NCBI RefSeq assembly: GCF_006345805.1
Contig: NW_021827171.1
Location: 1-11,066, forward strand
Direction: 5' to 3'
DNA: 11,066 nucleotides
Source of the DNA: Octopus sinensis
Taxonomy: Eukaryota
Shown piece by piece: positions 6,596-11,066 of the stretch; position 1 is the stretch's first letter; each line of letters begins with the position of its first letter. Below the pieces are notes generated by a model, which ran no database searches, was not told where the DNA came from, and saw only the letters and a list, made by a program, of their open reading frames with translations. The position numbers and the translations under genes were made by a program.

Positions 6596-7627
6596 AATAT
6601 ACCAGAATTTGCATATTTATTACAACATTGCTGTACTCGTTACATTAGTTATGCGGCATATTTCTCACAATTTATTTACCTTTAACTTTCCCAAGGATTA
6701 GAATTATAGATCAAAGATGAAGAACCTGGTCTCATAAGGCCGAGTGTGATGTTTTAGGCCCTTACATGCGTTCCTTATGTGTATTCAGCGATACTGTCGC
6801 CATCAGCGAATAGTTTCTATAGAAAAAAAATTTAAGATTAACATTCATTCAAAAAATCCAAGCTGATTTTCTTGCAACTATTATTCTAGTGTGAGTGAGG
6901 GTTTGAGTGGTTACAGAGCCAAAATCATGAACCTCAGAGAATAGGTGAATATAAGAGTACCAAGTCCTCGATGTTTCACTGGATCAAATTTGAGACAATC
7001 CAGAAATAGTCAATATTTTCTCGTGTCTACTTAGGCGAAGTGAAATATTTCTTTTTTTTTTTTTTTTGAAAGGTTCTATAATCGTCCAGTATTTAAGTTC
7101 TGGTTTATTAATAATATCACGTTGACAACCATTCCTATTTTTCTCTACCGCCATCGGATATCATCTTGGAAACTCAAGTGACCTTCAAATCCCAGATAGA
7201 AACCCTACTCTTTGTTATTATTTAACTTCCCAGCAGAACTGATCAGGCAAACATATGATCAAAGGTGTTCCGTAAGTATAATTCTAATGGTCGTTTCCTC
7301 CTAGCCCTGCTTAGGAGTCCTGGGACACGCATTTTTTGCATTCCCAAACAACGTACAAGCTTCTTTACTGGATGGAGTCCCCACTTGTTTAAGGTGGAGA
7401 CCACAGTCACCACATTCAGGATCTGTCGTTAGTAATGACAGAACATATTACAAGTATTGTAACGCTGCGACTTGGTGGTCCTGAAGTACCACCGTCTTAG
7501 AGTTTTTGTAAGGAACCTTTTCATACCTTGAGTAAAAACATCCAAGTACCAATTGGTGGTGTTAAAATGAGTGGCGTAGTAAGCCTTTAGTATGATTTGA
7601 GCTCGAAACGCAGAGAACTGTAACAAA

Positions 7628-7808
7628 TGACCCCATAGCACTTTTGCCAGTTAACAACTCCTTAACTGGGATTTTATATATCAAACGTGAAGGCGTGTAA
7701 GGCAAAGCTGACCTCGGCTGGATTTGAACGCAGACCAAAAGAAACAGGAATGATTATTGCTAGGTATTTCAAATAATCTTCTCACGATTCTACCGATTTG
7801 CCGCCTAT
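7628..7808 (-). mobile_element. SINE family 3, copy F (old, degenerate)
   Basis: Reverse complement reads aggcggcaaatcggtagaatcg...gcgttcaaatccagccgaggtcagctttgcc, which matches the family-3 head and core. The left boundary is uncertain. Confidence 0.7.
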
Positions 7809-8209
7809 ATAATTGAGACATCCAGTATAATTGGTCTATTGATGAGAGGCATCCAATATAATTAGAAATTCTGCAGATGGTATGACCAATGGTGTAAATT
7901 GTTACAAACTCCATGAAAGATGAGAAGCAGGGAGAAGTGGGCAGAGGGAAAAAAAATAAATGTAACGACAGGCAACTTGCTCCAGATTTTCAATAAACAG
8001 AGAAACAATTACAAAGGCTTCAGTGAAAAAAACTTCAGTTCCTTGCGATGTCTACATGACACAGGCAGCTCTTAAATCATGTTGTTTAGGGAAGAATGTT
8101 GATTGATGGGACTCTTGAGAAAAATAGCCCAGAAACACTGGCATAAGTAATGACATAACTGGCACGAAGTGGAAATAAACACAGGTGTTAATAATGTTTT
8201 CTATTACAA

Positions 8210-8271
8210 ATAACAACAACAATAACAAATAATAATAATAATAGTAATAATAATAATAACAACAACAACAA
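8210..8271. repeat. (AAT)n/(AAC)n microsatellite
   Basis: Read directly from the sequence. Confidence 0.9.
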
Positions 8272-8896
8272 AATCAATTGTCAAAATCAAAAGATAAAAT
8301 TTAGAAAATTCGTATTTTCTAATGTTTTGTATGAAGGAAAAATATGTTGAACGTTAGATATTTAACAAAGATCCTATAACATGTGTTCTTCTTTCAGAAG
8401 ACCAGACAAACGGTCATTGGCCGCCATTTTTGTTTTTGTAATTCAAGTTTTGTTTATTTCAAGTTTCTATAACAGATGCATTACAACGGCGTGAAAGAGT
8501 GCTGATTATTAGGAACATAACATTTTTGGTTAAGGCAACAACCTTTTTTCTTTTCTTTATTCCTTCCTTTCTTTATTTTTTTCATGCCGGAATTCTTTTC
8601 ATCAACTCCGATAAGACGATAAGCAATTTGTTGAGAACTTTATCAGCGTTTTCCTATAATAATTGGGTTTTATTTATAAGACTAGGAGAATAAATATATA
8701 AGAAAGAATAAAAGAAGGAAATATGCAGTGTTATTTTGACTATTGTAGTGTCTTCTGTCCTTATTACTGGGTTGATTCTAATTAACGTTTTAATTAAGTA
8801 GATATTTATTTATTCATTGATTTATTTATATATTCATTTTTTTTATTCATTGGCTAATGACAAGAAACAGATTGCTCATAGAAACAATAAACAATT

Positions 8897-9170
<274 letters not shown>

Positions 9171-9786
9171 CGAGTGAGAGTGAACAAATGAAAGAATGTG
9201 ATGCTTAACACATTGTGAGGAGTTACATACATTTTAATTCCAGTTTGACTCAGCTCCGCTTAAGTAAAACTATAGCTAAATATATTTATTTAAAGAGAGA
9301 GAGAGAGCGGGGACAAAGAGGTGAGAGGAAGATAAAAAAAAAGAGATGTTGAGAGTGAAAGCTTTCACAAAACGTTACTCAGTGTTTCTTGAAACCGATC
9401 AACAGACTTTTAAGTTGTAACAGTTTTAAATAGTTTAAGTAAATGAGAATCGAATGGTAAACAACCAAATAAACGTTTTGAGAGCGGCTTGTCACATTCC
9501 AGAATTAATGGCATTTGTTAAATAATTCGACTGATCGTTGATGAAGACATAAAAAAATCTTCTAAGCGATTAACATAAAGGGGAATTAACAATGGAGCTA
9601 TACTAGGGGAAATAGTTATTTCTGATTCCGGAGGAATATCTAGAAAAAAAAAAACATTTTAGGATTTAGGAAACAGACAATAAAAATCAAAAATAAAAGA
9701 ACAAGCAAATAAATACTAAAAAAATAAATTACGTTTATATATTTGCTTTGCAAGATTTTTGATGTGAAATCGTGTGTTGAAACAGA

Positions 9787-9995
9787 TATTGTTGTATTTC
9801 GGAATGGTCATTTTGCCAGTTTAGCCAATAAAAGCACACGCACTATATATTTGGTGTTACTTTCCTTCAGCGTTATTTATTTTTTACATTAATCTCAATC
9901 TTATTTCGGCCAGAACTCTGAAGCAAAGTAGCACCAAATATATAGTGCGTATATTGGCTAAACTGGAAAAATGACCAGTCCTAAATACAACAATA
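9787..9995. mobile_element. Foldback or MITE-like long inverted repeat
   Basis: Arms 9787-9870 and 9918-9995 are reverse complements with 5 substitutions and one ~6-nt indel, around a 47-nt spacer. TA is present at both outer ends. Confidence 0.7.
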
Positions 9996-10060
9996 AAAAA
10001 TAAATTTCTTATGGGAAAACATGTGGATACAGATAGGAAAATGGAGTGAAAAAAATATTG

Positions 10061-10825
10061 CTTACTGCCTGACCGCTGTGCCTTGCTCCTGCTACTGCCT
10101 GATCAGGTTAAAACGTCTTTCATTCAGTTTATCACACAGTTCATTTGTTGCCAGCACTCTCTATATGGCGGTTTAAGCATGATGTGGCTGGTAATGCGCA
10201 GGTATGAGGTTCCGTAAAGATTCCAGGGCGGGGAACAAGTGTGGACACCGTTCTTTCTGCAGTTTGTCTCCTTGGAGGAGCTGCCGTCTTGGAGAAACAA
10301 AGACTGAGACTGACTCAAAACCTCCAGAATGACATCAAGCGTCCACCGCCATCAACTAGTCTGGAAATATGATCGAGGATTATTTGCATGGAAGGACGAG
10401 GACGTTTTTCTATGAGGTTCAGTATGTTGGTGGAAACGGACTTGCTAGTTTGTACTGGAGGACTTTCCAGCTGAGGACTACTGCGGATAATTTTCAGAAG
10501 TTCTTGGCAGTAACTATAGCTGGGCGCTTACGGTCAGAGATAAATTCTACGGGCATGAAAGCGCCGTCGGATGGGCAAAGATCAGGGAAACTGTTTGGCA
10601 CGCATTCGTTCAATATTAGACCAGCGTTGATTTGTGGAAATATGATGAACAGCTGCTTTCGCATATAGAGCGGATCCGGCTATCTGCGGAGTCCATCGTG
10701 ATGCTTGGTCCGCTGCTCTACTTTAACCGAAAAAGGTTGTATGGTGGACGAGATTGGAAAAGTATCACACCTAAGACTTACCTTTTTGGTTAATTCTTGA
10801 TCGACTTTTTAAATTATCACTTAAT
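10061..10825 (+). mobile_element. Decayed L1/Tx1-clade LINE ORF2 3' fragment (post-RT region, zf-RVT and zinc-knuckle remnants)
   Basis: Fragments spliced across frameshifts and stops: YCLTAVPC (10063), CCQHSLYGGLSMMW (GGLG-like, GGL at 10167), DNFQKFLA (10486) followed by WALTVRDKF, ETVWHAFVQ (10587, ETxxH knuckle remnant), DLWKYDEQLLSHIERIRLSAESIV, KVVWWTRL (10733). The assignment is by recalled family motifs. Confidence 0.72.
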
Positions 10826-10829
10826 ATAA

Positions 10830-11066
10830 CATAATTTCTTTTCCTCAACAAGCCCTGCCCTATTTAACATTGTCCCGAAAGAGATCAAAGAGGAAAAGAT
10901 CCCATCAACTTTAAACGGAGTCTGGATAGATTCCTTCAAGGAATACCAAATAAGCCCCATAATTGGATACAACTCACCCAACAAAAACTCACTATTTGAA
11001 TGAACCATAAACAAATTTGACTTAAACAGGATTTAGATAATCCTATCAGGTGGTGCTATTAAGTTA
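10830..11066 (+). mobile_element. Decayed CR1-group LINE ORF2 C-terminus and start of 3' UTR (probably continues past the window)
   Basis: HNFFSSTSPALFNIVPKEIKEE / DPINFKRSLDRFLQGIPNKP / GYNSPNKNSLFE* with two frameshifts. It matches the P-x-LFN..P..I..FK..LD.FL..IPD.P..GY..NSL tail of invertebrate CR1-like ORF2 (recall). Confidence 0.75.

Noticed and set aside
7305-7484. 59-codon open frame after a weak acceptor, in GC-richer sequence
   Set aside because: No recognisable protein motif and no donor before the stop. It is probably an old repeat fragment of unresolved class.
9355-9368. Perfect 14-bp palindrome gtgaaagctttcac, and several short hairpins at 900-1060
   Set aside because: Isolated short palindromes are expected at some rate in AT-rich DNA, and there is no supporting context.
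10369-10668. 99-aa plus-strand ORF
   Set aside because: It is only partly in frame with the decayed LINE ORF2 (the DNFQK segment); the rest is out-of-frame relic sequence.
10776-10784. Perfect minus-strand donor AAG/GTAAGT
   Set aside because: It lies inside the Tx1-like relic and has no supportable acceptor or open exon upstream.

Overview
AT-rich, repeat-dense eukaryotic non-coding DNA (intron or intergenic). It is most likely from an octopus or other coleoid cephalopod; this is inferred from recalled SINE families and the very abundant (TA)n/(TG)n/(GA)n microsatellites, not from a search. No host-gene exon could be supported, and the listed ORFs are microsatellite or repeat artefacts. The window holds nine tRNA-derived SINE copies from three head families: two of family 1, one tRNA-Arg-like copy of family 2, and six of family 3 clustered at 5.1-7.8 kb. 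It also holds a decayed Tc1/mariner (DD37D/maT-like) transposase 3' end with its right TIR, a decayed L1/Tx1-like ORF2 fragment joined to a CR1-like ORF2 C-terminus, a ~210 bp foldback, and mini- and microsatellites. The most unusual object is the family-2 SINE, whose interior has expanded into five nearly identical 108-bp units. Each junction regenerates the SINE's own B-box 9-mer, and the element sits between two (GTT)n tracts.
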